From the NCBI GenBank assembly GCA_965533275.1, contig CBESWG010000001.1, positions 145,388 to 209,387 of the forward strand: 64,000 bases of DNA, written 5' to 3'. Shown here in pieces: positions 28,146 to 37,097 of this stretch. Below the pieces are notes generated by a model, which ran no database searches, was not told the DNA's origin, and saw only the letters and a list, made by a program, of their open reading frames with translations. This DNA is from an uncultured bacterium (GTDB lineage: Bacteria; Acidobacteriota; Aminicenantia; Aminicenantales; Aminicenantaceae). The position numbers and the translations under genes are program-made. Within the stretch, counting starts at the first letter, position 1. Each line of letters starts with the position of its first letter.

Positions 28146-29696
28146 ATGCCTAATTCAAAGAAGATTGTCCTGCTGGGAATCCTCGTGGCGGTGCTGGCTC
28201 CTTTTCATATCGGCCAAGAAACCACCGCCGATCTGGAGATGCTCGCAAAGATACGCGAGGAAGGCCTCCAACGGTCCCAGGTAATGGACCTGGCCGGATA
28301 TATGTCGGATGTTCTCGGAGCCCGGCTGACACTGTCTTTGGATATGAAGCGGGCTCAGGCTTGGGCCGTAGAGAAGATGAAGGAGATCGGACTCGAAAAC
28401 ACAGCACTTGAGCCGTTCATGGACTATGGGATTTCCTGGGATAATGAGTATTTCTCTCTCCACCTGATCGAACCCGATTACCAGCCCATGGTGGGATTTC
28501 CCCTAACTCACACCCCGAGCACGGAGGGAAAGATAACCTGCCGGGTGGTGATCGCGGACGGTCAGACGCGAAAGGACCTGGAAGTCCTCGATGGCAACCT
28601 GAAGGGAGCGGTGGTGCTGGCCACCCCACCCGTGGTCTACGACCTGGAGCGCATGGCCCAGGCAAGACCGAGGAGGACTCCTGAGGAACTGAAGCAGATG
28701 GGAACTGATAGTGTACCGAATCCGGCACGCCGCAGGGGTCCGTCCGTCCCCCCCAATCCAGAGATTCTCAAGGCCCAGGAGAAACTCAATTGGTTCCGGT
28801 CTCAGGGTGTCCTGGCAGTCCTCGAATGCCGCAGCGGCGCTCCCGGCCTAGTACGGGGCTTTGCACGGCCCGGAACCAAGGAAGACCGCTGGTCTCGAGA
28901 GGCAAGTCTGGAGAGCCTCCCCATCATCGCGGTCACTCCTGAACACTACAACCGCATGTACCGGATCCTGAAGAGAGATATCGCGGTCAAAGTGGAGCTC
29001 GAGGTCCGCAACAATCTGGGGAGACATGTGGAGAAGGCAAGCAATATCCTGGGCGAGATAGTCGGGACGGATCTCAAGGAAAAGGTTGTGATGATCGGGG
29101 CGCACTTCGACACCTGGCACGCTAGCCCCAATTCCAGTGACAACACATCCGGTTGTGCCGTAGCCCTCGAGGCGGCTCGCATCCTTAAAGCTGTGGGAGC
29201 CCGTCCCCGGCGTACCATCCGCGTCGCCCTCTGGGCCGGAGAAGAGCAGGGGATCCATGGGTCCCGGGAATACGTGAACCGCCATTTTGGGAATCCCGCC
29301 GATCCTATGACGAGTGTCAAGCCGGCCTACGATCTGTTTTCGGCATATTTCAACCAGGACTATGGGGCAGGCGCCTTTCGCGGGATCTTCCTGCAGGGGA
29401 ATGAACATGCCCGGCGAATCTTTTCCGGATGGATGGAGCCCTTATACGACCTGGGCTTCACGACGATCTCGATCCAGAGCGTGGGGAGCACCGACCATGT
29501 GCCTTTTGACCGCGCGGGCCTCCCAGGTTTCCAATTCATCCAAGACCGGATCCCCGGGACTGCAGGCCACACGAACCTCGATTTCTTCGATACCCTTCAA
29601 GCCGAGGATCTGATGAAGAACGCGGTGATCATGGCAGTATTTGCTTATCAGACAGCCATGCTGGATGAGAGGATCCCTAGAAAAAAAGCGCACTAG
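28146..29696 (+). CDS. Secreted M28 family aminopeptidase
   Basis: Signal peptide at ATG 28146 with a ggagg RBS. 'VMIGAHFDTWHASPNSSDNTSGCAVALEAARIL' and 'VALWAGEEQGIHGSREYV' match the M28 zinc-ligand pattern. Confidence 0.8.
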   Translation: MPNSKKIVLLGILVAVLAPFHIGQETTADLEMLAKIREEGLQRSQVMDLAGYMSDVLGARLTLSLDMKRAQAWAVEKMKEIGLENTALEPFMDYGISWDNEYFSLHLIEPDYQPMVGFPLTHTPSTEGKITCRVVIADGQTRKDLEVLDGNLKGAVVLATPPVVYDLERMAQARPRRTPEELKQMGTDSVPNPARRRGPSVPPNPEILKAQEKLNWFRSQGVLAVLECRSGAPGLVRGFARPGTKEDRWSREASLESLPIIAVTPEHYNRMYRILKRDIAVKVELEVRNNLGRHVEKASNILGEIVGTDLKEKVVMIGAHFDTWHASPNSSDNTSGCAVALEAARILKAVGARPRRTIRVALWAGEEQGIHGSREYVNRHFGNPADPMTSVKPAYDLFSAYFNQDYGAGAFRGIFLQGNEHARRIFSGWMEPLYDLGFTTISIQSVGSTDHVPFDRAGLPGFQFIQDRIPGTAGHTNLDFFDTLQAEDLMKNAVIMAVFAYQTAMLDERIPRKKAH

Positions 29697-29780
29697 TTCT
29701 GGAGGATCTTGTCATCCAGACCTTGGCATCTCAGTTAGAAAGCCAGAAAGGCGTGCGGCCGTATTAATGGGAGCTTATGC

Positions 29781-30551
29781 CTACTTCTTGTTTTTCAAGA
29801 GATAGAGCGTGAAGGATTTCCCCTCGAGCTTGGTGTATTTGAAGTCAACGGAATCTTCGAACTCCGTGCCCTCGAAATCGAAAGGTTCCGAAAACTTGGT
29901 GTATTTGAAGTTCGCATCGCCCTGAAAAATGGCGTTTTTGAAGTTAACACCTCTCGGGAACTCGGTGTATTTGAAATTGGCGAGGTCCTGGAATTCCACT
30001 CCTGAAAAATCGACGTTCCAGGGGAACTCGGTATACTTGAAGTTTGCATCATTTTCAAAGCTGGAATCGGCGAAACTGACCTCGGTCTTGAACTTGGTGT
30101 ATTTAAAAAGGGCTTCCTTGTGATACTTCGTTTTCGCGAAATCTGCGGCCTCATGAAATGTGGAGTACTTGAAGGCGGATGTCCCCTTGAACTCGCATCC
30201 TGTGAAAATGGCATCGTCATGGAAGATTGCGTTGTGTGTCTCGTTCTTGCGGTCATCATGATAATAAGCGATGACATCGTCCTCGAAGCTGCAGTCGACA
30301 AACTTCAGTGCGCTGCGCACATGATACCAGTAGGTCTTGGTTGAGTTGCGGGAGCGTTTGTTGTCTTTGTCCGGTGTCATGTCCTGGAGTTTGGTCAGAT
30401 CCAGATCCCCAAGGATCGTCACATCCCGATACTCGACAGCATTCCCCTCATCGATGCTCTTCAGGATGTCTTTAGCGTCGACCCGGGATTGCGCGTTGGC
30501 TGAAACTCCAACCAAAGCCAGAGTTAGGATTATGGCAGCGGTCTTTCTCAT
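29781..30551 (-). CDS. Secreted pentapeptide-repeat-like protein with roughly 22-aa periodic 'FKYT(E/K)F' repeats
   Basis: Signal peptide 'MRKTAAIILTLALVGVSANA'. At least five repeats: SAFKYSTF, ALFKYTKF, ANFKYTEFPW, ANFKYTEFPR, ANFKYTKFSE, VDFKYTKLEG. The matching DNA repeats 'ttggtgtatttgaag' are visible on the plus strand. Confidence 0.55.
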   Translation of the reverse strand: MRKTAAIILTLALVGVSANAQSRVDAKDILKSIDEGNAVEYRDVTILGDLDLTKLQDMTPDKDNKRSRNSTKTYWYHVRSALKFVDCSFEDDVIAYYHDDRKNETHNAIFHDDAIFTGCEFKGTSAFKYSTFHEAADFAKTKYHKEALFKYTKFKTEVSFADSSFENDANFKYTEFPWNVDFSGVEFQDLANFKYTEFPRGVNFKNAIFQGDANFKYTKFSEPFDFEGTEFEDSVDFKYTKLEGKSFTLYLLKNKK

Positions 30552-30717
30552 AGTATTCTCCTCTTAATTGGGCTCATCCCTTTTGAATCATCATACAAGT
30601 GATAAGTGTCTCTCTGTTATAAATACGAAATATATGAGAAATAGGTTCACAAATTCGCAATTGAACTAAATGTGAGTGTGGTGTACGTTAGCCAAAAGCC
30701 TTTATCAGGATAGGGAC

Positions 30718-31494
30718 ATGAAAATATGTCGGATCGGGATAATCGGCACAGGAAAGATCAATTCCGCTGTAACGGATGGACTGTTTCGGTCAGGCATCGA
30801 AGGCCTGGAAACCGTGGTTTCGCCGCGCAACCGGGACCGTGCCGAGAGGTTAGCCTCAGTACATGATGGAGTCAGAATCGCAGGGGATAATCAGGAAGTG
30901 GCGGACAGCTCCGATGTGATTTTTGCCGCCCTTCTGCCAGAAACTGCCGAGGCGGTCCTACAGGAACTTGAGTTCCGAAAAGAGCATACGGTTCTATGCC
31001 TGGTCCCCACGCTTACGTTGGAGAAGCTCAAAAAAATCCTGGCCCCCGCCAATAAGATATTCAGGGCCGTTCCGCTCCTCTCGGTCGGCCACAACCTGGG
31101 GCCCATCATCTATTATCCCCAGGATGACAGCGTGTCTGGTTTTTTGAGTAAAATCGGTCAGCCGATAGCTTCTCCGGATGAGCGGCAGCTGCACCTTCTG
31201 TGGTCACTCACTGGACTGATATCCTCGTTTTATACGCTCCTCGCGTCTTTATCCGGTTCCTTGATCGCACAAGGGGCAGACAGGGAACTGGCGCGGAGAT
31301 ACACAGCTCTGCTGTTCAAGGCCTTATTCGAGCTCCCTCTCATATCAGGAGAAGACCCAGAAACGCTGGCAGAAGAAGCCGCAACGCCTGGGGGGATGAA
31401 CGCCATGGCGCTCCGTATGGTCTCCGAATCGGGAGCATTTGAGGAGTTTGACAAGGCGCTCGGAGCTGTGTTCGAGCGATATCCAAAGATCTAA
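30718..31494 (+). CDS. Pyrroline-5-carboxylate reductase family protein (ProC-like)
   Basis: Rossmann 'IGIIGTGKINSAV' at the N-terminus and C-terminal 'ATPGGMNAMALR' resembling the ProC dimerisation motif. The ATG at 30718 is chosen. Confidence 0.55.
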   Translation: MKICRIGIIGTGKINSAVTDGLFRSGIEGLETVVSPRNRDRAERLASVHDGVRIAGDNQEVADSSDVIFAALLPETAEAVLQELEFRKEHTVLCLVPTLTLEKLKKILAPANKIFRAVPLLSVGHNLGPIIYYPQDDSVSGFLSKIGQPIASPDERQLHLLWSLTGLISSFYTLLASLSGSLIAQGADRELARRYTALLFKALFELPLISGEDPETLAEEAATPGGMNAMALRMVSESGAFEEFDKALGAVFERYPKI

Positions 31495-31500
31495 ATCTGG

Positions 31501-32082
31501 CTATTTCAGGCTGCGGCTTCCGGGTTTAACTGCGGTGCTTCCGGCCTGGCACAAGGGACAGGAATCCGGCTCATAGTTCGTGACTTCCATCTGGAAGAGC
31601 GAGAAATAGGGGACACCGAACTCGGCGGTACCGCTGCTGCGGTCTACCACGGCTGCGACAGCCAGAACCTGTCCTCCCACCTCTTCCACCGCCTGCTTCA
31701 CTTCCTTGACCGAGCCGCCCGTAGTCGTGACATCCTCTGCAAGTAGAACACGTTCCCCGTCCTTGATCTCAAATCCACGGCGCAGCGTCATGTGGCCTTC
31801 CACTCTCTCTGAGAAGATCGACCGTACTCCCAGGAGGCGGGCGATCTCCTGGCCCAGCACGATCCCTCCCACCGCGGGAGACACAACCACATCGATCTTT
31901 TCATCCTTGAAATGATCGGCGATGTCCCGGCACAGGGTCTCCGCATGCCAGGGGTATTGGAACACTTTGGCGCACTGGAAATACGAGCCGCTGTGGAGAC
32001 CTGAAGTGAGGATGAAGTGTCCCTCGAGAAGCGCCTCGGTAGCTTTGAATATTTTGAGGATGCCTTCGCGTGTCAAACCCAT
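31501..32082 (-). CDS. pyrE: Orotate phosphoribosyltransferase
   Basis: 193 aa. 'LLEGHFILTSGLHSGSYFQCA' and the PRPP-binding 'VLLAEDVTTTGGS'. Confidence 0.85.
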   Translation of the reverse strand: MGLTREGILKIFKATEALLEGHFILTSGLHSGSYFQCAKVFQYPWHAETLCRDIADHFKDEKIDVVVSPAVGGIVLGQEIARLLGVRSIFSERVEGHMTLRRGFEIKDGERVLLAEDVTTTGGSVKEVKQAVEEVGGQVLAVAAVVDRSSGTAEFGVPYFSLFQMEVTNYEPDSCPLCQAGSTAVKPGSRSLK

Positions 32083-32133
32083 TCGGGATGCCTCCTTGGA
32101 TACGAAAGAGGCCTCAGGATATCACAGGTCAGG

Positions 32134-33252
32134 TTACAGATTCCAGCCTATTCGATACCTCTTGATGACATGGAATCCTTCTTCGTCTTCCTCCACGGCA
32201 TACATCCTGTCGTTCTTGAATACACGGGGAGGGCTTTTTAATGGAAGCCTCGCAATGTAGATACCTTCGGAGTCAAAGACGTCGTAGAAACTGCCTTGTC
32301 CGTCGGGAGCGTCCTCGTATGTGAGGACGAAAATGCGCCCCTGATCGTCGGCGTACAGGGTTCGAAAAGGAGGGAAGTGATCGGGCGCATAGTAGCTCTC
32401 TCTTACCTCAGCGGGGAGGTCCTTCAATTCGTTTTCGGCCTCGGCCTGATCAACCTCAACTGGGTCGTATTCTTTTTCGATACGCCGGTTAAGAGAACCC
32501 GAGCCATCGAAGACATTGATGACATAGCCGTCACCGGCGTAGCCGCACACCACCTGACCGCTCGAAGTTAAATCCCAGCGCAGAACCGAAAAGTACAGGC
32601 TGCGTTTGCTCCGATACTCACCAGAAGAGGGCAGCGGAGAAGAGGCAAAGGAAAGCAGATGGTTGAGCTCCGAGTCGAATTTCTGCAACTCATAGGATTC
32701 ATTTTTCCTGTTGATGACAAGTCCCAGGATGTTTCCGTCTGCGTCATGCTGCAGGCCGAGCATCCTTACCCTGGTCATAGGAAGGTTTCTCTTGTATTCC
32801 CCCTCTAGGTCGAAATAGGTAATCCGGTTGATATCGCCGATGATTATCTCATTCCAAGGAGCACCCTCGATGGTCCGGGGAAGCTGGAACTCTCCCGGTC
32901 CCTCTCCTGCATTGCCGAAGGTTCGAACATGCCGCCCGTGTTGGTCGTAGACCTTAACCTGCTTGGCTCCATAGTCGACCGCATAGATCCTATCTTCCAT
33001 ACCGATCGCGATTCCGGTCACCTGCTGAAACATGTATTCTTCGCTGCCCTCGGACTCGCCGATAGACAGCTCCTCAACCAACGTGAACACCTCAGGCCCA
33101 TATTTTGGTCCGATGGGATTCTTGACTACGGTCACACCACCCTCAGCGGAAATGGAGCCACCCCATTCTCTACCGCCCTTGCCACACCCTGCAGAAAGAA
33201 TTATGCCCAGAATCACTAGGCTGGCCCAAATCTGGATCGAATTGCGTTTCAT
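32134..33252 (-). CDS. Lipoprotein with a 6-bladed beta-propeller (NHL-like) fold
   Basis: Lipobox 'LSAGCGKGG'. Repeated 'Y..D..G.I.V' strand patterns. No catalytic motifs recognised. Confidence 0.35.
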   Translation of the reverse strand: MKRNSIQIWASLVILGIILSAGCGKGGREWGGSISAEGGVTVVKNPIGPKYGPEVFTLVEELSIGESEGSEEYMFQQVTGIAIGMEDRIYAVDYGAKQVKVYDQHGRHVRTFGNAGEGPGEFQLPRTIEGAPWNEIIIGDINRITYFDLEGEYKRNLPMTRVRMLGLQHDADGNILGLVINRKNESYELQKFDSELNHLLSFASSPLPSSGEYRSKRSLYFSVLRWDLTSSGQVVCGYAGDGYVINVFDGSGSLNRRIEKEYDPVEVDQAEAENELKDLPAEVRESYYAPDHFPPFRTLYADDQGRIFVLTYEDAPDGQGSFYDVFDSEGIYIARLPLKSPPRVFKNDRMYAVEEDEEGFHVIKRYRIGWNL

Positions 33253-33619
33253 CTCTCCCTCCTGCTAGGTATACGTTCACACCCTCATTTAGTCTACCAG
33301 ATAAAGCAAAAAATATTCCCAATCAATTTTCTGTGCAAGAGAAAAGATATGTGCTAAATAGGAAGGGTACGGGAACAGAGCCCGGCCGTATGAGGGAGGC
33401 GCGACATGATCTATAAGAGACAGGATTCAGGATATCGGGAGGCTTTGGAAGGGGTGGCTCTCAAGACCCTCGCTTTTGGGGAACAAACGCTGCTCGCCGG
33501 GACATGCCCTTCGCCCTTGAGTATGTCCAAATTCTTCCCGGATATGTGATTATCATGATTTCGTTTGACGGGAGGCTCTGTTTTGAGATAATGGAGCCAA
33601 TCCTATCGAGGAGGAAAGA

Positions 33620-36217
33620 ATGAGATCGAATACCTGGCGCGTGAAGATTCTGGCGACGCACATCGTCTTCTTTTGTATGCTGTCGGGCCTGTTTGTCCCC
33701 GGCATCATGGCTCAAGAGAAGATCCCGTCGCCTGAAGAATTTTTCGGTTTCCAGATGGGCGAAGACCGCAAGATCGCCCGCTGGGACAAGATCGTAGAAT
33801 ATTTCCAGATGCTCGAGCAGAGAAGCGGAGCGATCAAGGTCACGGATATGGGTCCCTCCACCATGGGGAATCCCTTCCTCTTTGTGATCATCACTTCTCC
33901 GGACAATATGGCCAATCTTGAGAGATTGCGCGAGGTCAATGCCAGGATCAGCGATCCCCGCGGCAAGACCGAGGGGGACATCAAGAAACTCGTGGCGGAA
34001 GGAAAAGCCGTGATCTGCCAGTCCATGAGCCTGCATGCCACGGAGATCGGGGGCACGCAGATGGCCGTCGAACTGGCCTATGACCTCCTCACTCGGACAG
34101 ATGCCGAGGCACAGCGCATCCTGGACGAGGTGGTCTTCTGTCTGATCCCCTCCTTCAATCCGGATGGCCAGATCATGGTCACGGACTGGTACCGCAAGAC
34201 CGTGGGCACGGAATACGAGGGGGCAGGGCTTCCCTGGCTCTATCACAAATATGCCGGCCACGACAACAACCGGGATGGCGACTTCCTCAACCTGCAGGAA
34301 TCCGTGTATGCGGCCAAGATCATGTACAGGGATTGGCCTCCGCAGGCCTACATCGACCATCATCACATGGGGAGTTACGGGGCACGTTTCTATGTGCCGC
34401 CCTACTGCGATCCCATCCGGCCCTATGCCGACCCGCTTGTATGGCGCGAGATGAGCTGGTACGGGGCCCACATCGCCTACAAGCTCGAGGAAAACGGAAA
34501 AGCCGGCATCCTGAATGCAGCACAGTATCCCGGATGGGGACATTTCGGATGGCACTGGATCACTCCCTTCCACAACATCGCCGGCATGCTCACAGAATCG
34601 GCCAGCGCTAAGCTCGCCACACCACTGTACATCCATCCCGAACAGCTGCAGGCGGGGGCACGCGCCTTCCCCAGGTACGAGGCGCAGTCAACCTTCCCCA
34701 ATCCCTGGCCCGGAGGCTGGTGGAAACTCCGGGATATCGTGGAACAGAAAAAGATATCGGCTTGGGCACTCCTGGATCTCGCGGCCCGGAACAGGGAGAC
34801 CGTCCTCTGGAACGCCTACCTCAAAGGCAGACGTCAGACGGATCGAGGAGCTCAGGGCACTCCCAAAGCCTACGTGATTCCAACCGAACAGCATGATCCG
34901 CTCACCGCGGTCAAAATGATCAACACGCTTCTCCAGTCCGGCATAGAGATCAAGCAGGCCACGGAAGCGTTCACAAACGGTGGAGTGACATACCCCCAGG
35001 GCTCCGTTGTGATCTCCCTGGCGCAGCCCAAGATGGGACTGATCCGTAACCTTTTGGGCCGGACCTTCTATGCTGACAATGAATGGACCCGGGACAGGGA
35101 CAATATCCCCCTGCGGCCGTATGACTTGGCAACCCACACCATGGCCGAGTTCATGGGAGTGCGTGTCGAGCCCGTGAACAAAGCTGTGGAAGGGGATTTC
35201 ATCATCCTTGGGAGTGAAGTAGTGGTTAATGGGGACTTTCAACCCGGAAGTCCGGCCTACGCTCTGGACGGGCGGATGAATGCCGGATTCAAGGCCGTCA
35301 ACCGGCTGCTTGAAAAGGGAGTGGAGGTGCACAGGGTCGATGAACCACACTCAGGCCTACGGCCGGGCGATTTTATCCTCTCAGGCGGCTCTGAGGCGGC
35401 CCTGCGAGAGGTCGTGAATGAGACCGGGATCTCTTTGCGCGCGATCGAGGGCATGCCGGGTTCCGGGATTCGGAAACTCAAGAGAAAACGGCTGGGAATG
35501 TATCAGCGCTATTGGGGCGGCAACATGGACGAGGGCTGGACGCGCCTTGTTCTGGAGCAGTTCGGTTTTCCATTCACATCGCTCATGGACGCCGATATCA
35601 AGAAGGGCGGGCTCAGCAAAAAATATGACATCATCATCCTGCCCAGCGATTCCACGGGCTTGATCACCGGCCAGGTCCCCGCGAATTCTCGGCGCTACGT
35701 CTCCACAGATGTCCCGCCGGATTATCGGAGCGGCATCGGCGATAGCGGAGTGGCGGCCTTGAAGGCATTTGTCAGGGATGGCGGCATACTGATCACCTTT
35801 GCAGAGGCATGCGCCTTTGCTATCGAGACGTTCGGTCTGAACATCCGGAATGCCATATCCGGCCTCCCTCCCCAAGATTTTTTCTATGCCGGCTCGACGC
35901 TCAGGGCGGAATTCGAAAATCAGCATCCGCTGGCCTATGGAATGCCGGATCAAGGACTTGTGGTTTTTTATGGCAGTCAGGCCTTCGAAGTCACACCCGG
36001 GCAGCATAACGAGCACTACCAGACCCTGGTGCGATTCGTGGACCGGGACATCCTACAGAGCGGCTGGCTGATAGGGGAGGAATACCTGTCAGGAAAGTCG
36101 GCCATGATCTCAACCAAGCACGGCAAGGGGGAGCTGATCCTGATCGGATTCCGCGTGCAGCACCGAAGCCAGGCTCATGGAACCTATAAACTGCTCTTCA
36201 ATGCCCTGATGCAGTAG
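33620..36217 (+). CDS. Secreted M14 family zinc carboxypeptidase-like protein with a large C-terminal extension
   Basis: Signal/TM N-terminus. 'HATEIGG' (HxxE zinc site) and 'IPSFNPDGQ' M14 motifs. 865 aa. Confidence 0.7.
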   Translation: MRSNTWRVKILATHIVFFCMLSGLFVPGIMAQEKIPSPEEFFGFQMGEDRKIARWDKIVEYFQMLEQRSGAIKVTDMGPSTMGNPFLFVIITSPDNMANLERLREVNARISDPRGKTEGDIKKLVAEGKAVICQSMSLHATEIGGTQMAVELAYDLLTRTDAEAQRILDEVVFCLIPSFNPDGQIMVTDWYRKTVGTEYEGAGLPWLYHKYAGHDNNRDGDFLNLQESVYAAKIMYRDWPPQAYIDHHHMGSYGARFYVPPYCDPIRPYADPLVWREMSWYGAHIAYKLEENGKAGILNAAQYPGWGHFGWHWITPFHNIAGMLTESASAKLATPLYIHPEQLQAGARAFPRYEAQSTFPNPWPGGWWKLRDIVEQKKISAWALLDLAARNRETVLWNAYLKGRRQTDRGAQGTPKAYVIPTEQHDPLTAVKMINTLLQSGIEIKQATEAFTNGGVTYPQGSVVISLAQPKMGLIRNLLGRTFYADNEWTRDRDNIPLRPYDLATHTMAEFMGVRVEPVNKAVEGDFIILGSEVVVNGDFQPGSPAYALDGRMNAGFKAVNRLLEKGVEVHRVDEPHSGLRPGDFILSGGSEAALREVVNETGISLRAIEGMPGSGIRKLKRKRLGMYQRYWGGNMDEGWTRLVLEQFGFPFTSLMDADIKKGGLSKKYDIIILPSDSTGLITGQVPANSRRYVSTDVPPDYRSGIGDSGVAALKAFVRDGGILITFAEACAFAIETFGLNIRNAISGLPPQDFFYAGSTLRAEFENQHPLAYGMPDQGLVVFYGSQAFEVTPGQHNEHYQTLVRFVDRDILQSGWLIGEEYLSGKSAMISTKHGKGELILIGFRVQHRSQAHGTYKLLFNALMQ

Positions 36218-36262
36218 AGCCGCCGCTGAGAACGCCCGGACAACCGGGCGGAGTACTTGATT

Positions 36263-36895
36263 TCATCGCGGATTGTTGTAGAGCCGAAAGATGTACAGGT
36301 TCATGTTGTTCTTCTGAAGGAAGGTCTCGATGCGCTCCAGCTTGAATCCGGCTTTACTCATTGTGTCTACGAGCTCATCAGGAGTCTGATAGGAGCTGTC
36401 ATTCTCTTCCTTGGGGAGCCACTCTCCGATCGCCAGGATGCCATCCGGTTTGAGGGCGGGGCGTGCGTTGCTCAGCAGGGCTATTGGATCGTCGAAGTGA
36501 TGATAGGAGGATATGATGAAGATGAGGTCCAGTTCTCCTTCCGGGAGCTTGGGATCGGTCACATCGCCCAGTATGGCCTCTACATGGTCCAGCCCCCATC
36601 GTTCGCAGCGCTTCTCAAGATGTTTCAGAAAAGCCCCATTGATGTCTTCGGCATAGACCTTTCCCTCGGGGCCCACACGGACCGCAAGCTGCACGACATA
36701 CCGCCCGAAACCTGCACCGATCTCGGCCACCGACATGCCGGCTTTGACACCAATGGCATCCATGACCTGTTCGGGCGGCTGCAGGCGGTTGAGGCGGGCC
36801 TCGTTGGAGTTCTCAGGTTCGAGCGCTCCAGTTTGGGCCTGAACGGCGGACAGGAGCAGCAATGCGATGAAATGAAAACTAACTATTCGCTTCAT
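36263..36895 (-). CDS. Class I SAM-dependent methyltransferase with an N-terminal signal peptide or membrane anchor
   Basis: 'VAEIGAGFGRYVVQLA' motif I and 'LKPDGILAI' motif. ATG 36895 gives 'MKRIVSFHFIALLLLSAVQAQ'. Confidence 0.7.
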   Translation of the reverse strand: MKRIVSFHFIALLLLSAVQAQTGALEPENSNEARLNRLQPPEQVMDAIGVKAGMSVAEIGAGFGRYVVQLAVRVGPEGKVYAEDINGAFLKHLEKRCERWGLDHVEAILGDVTDPKLPEGELDLIFIISSYHHFDDPIALLSNARPALKPDGILAIGEWLPKEENDSSYQTPDELVDTMSKAGFKLERIETFLQKNNMNLYIFRLYNNPR

Positions 36896-37002
36896 CAGGA
36901 CCTCCATCTTAATAATTCCTCTGCTATGCATGTATTTCTATTCCTTCATACGGATACCGGCTAAAATTGGTTTTGGTTGGCGCCATCACCTGAACACGCC
37001 CA

Positions 37003-37031
37003 TTAACCGGAGTGGAGAATTATCGTATAAT
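37003..37031 (+). promoter_or_regulatory. Sigma70-like promoter candidate (TTAACC-N17-TATAAT) upstream of the FtsX-family permease
   Basis: Read directly from the sequence. The spacing is canonical and there is no other signal in the 166-bp intergenic region. Confidence 0.25.
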
Positions 37032-37097
37032 GGAAAGACCTACCAAAACCGGATCGGGCTGCAGAAGCCCTAAACAGCGACGGGAAGGACGCTCACA

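Noticed and set aside
33461-34636. 391-aa minus-strand ORF overlapping the M14 peptidase gene
   Set aside because: Antisense artefact. The plus-strand frame carries the M14 zinc motifs.
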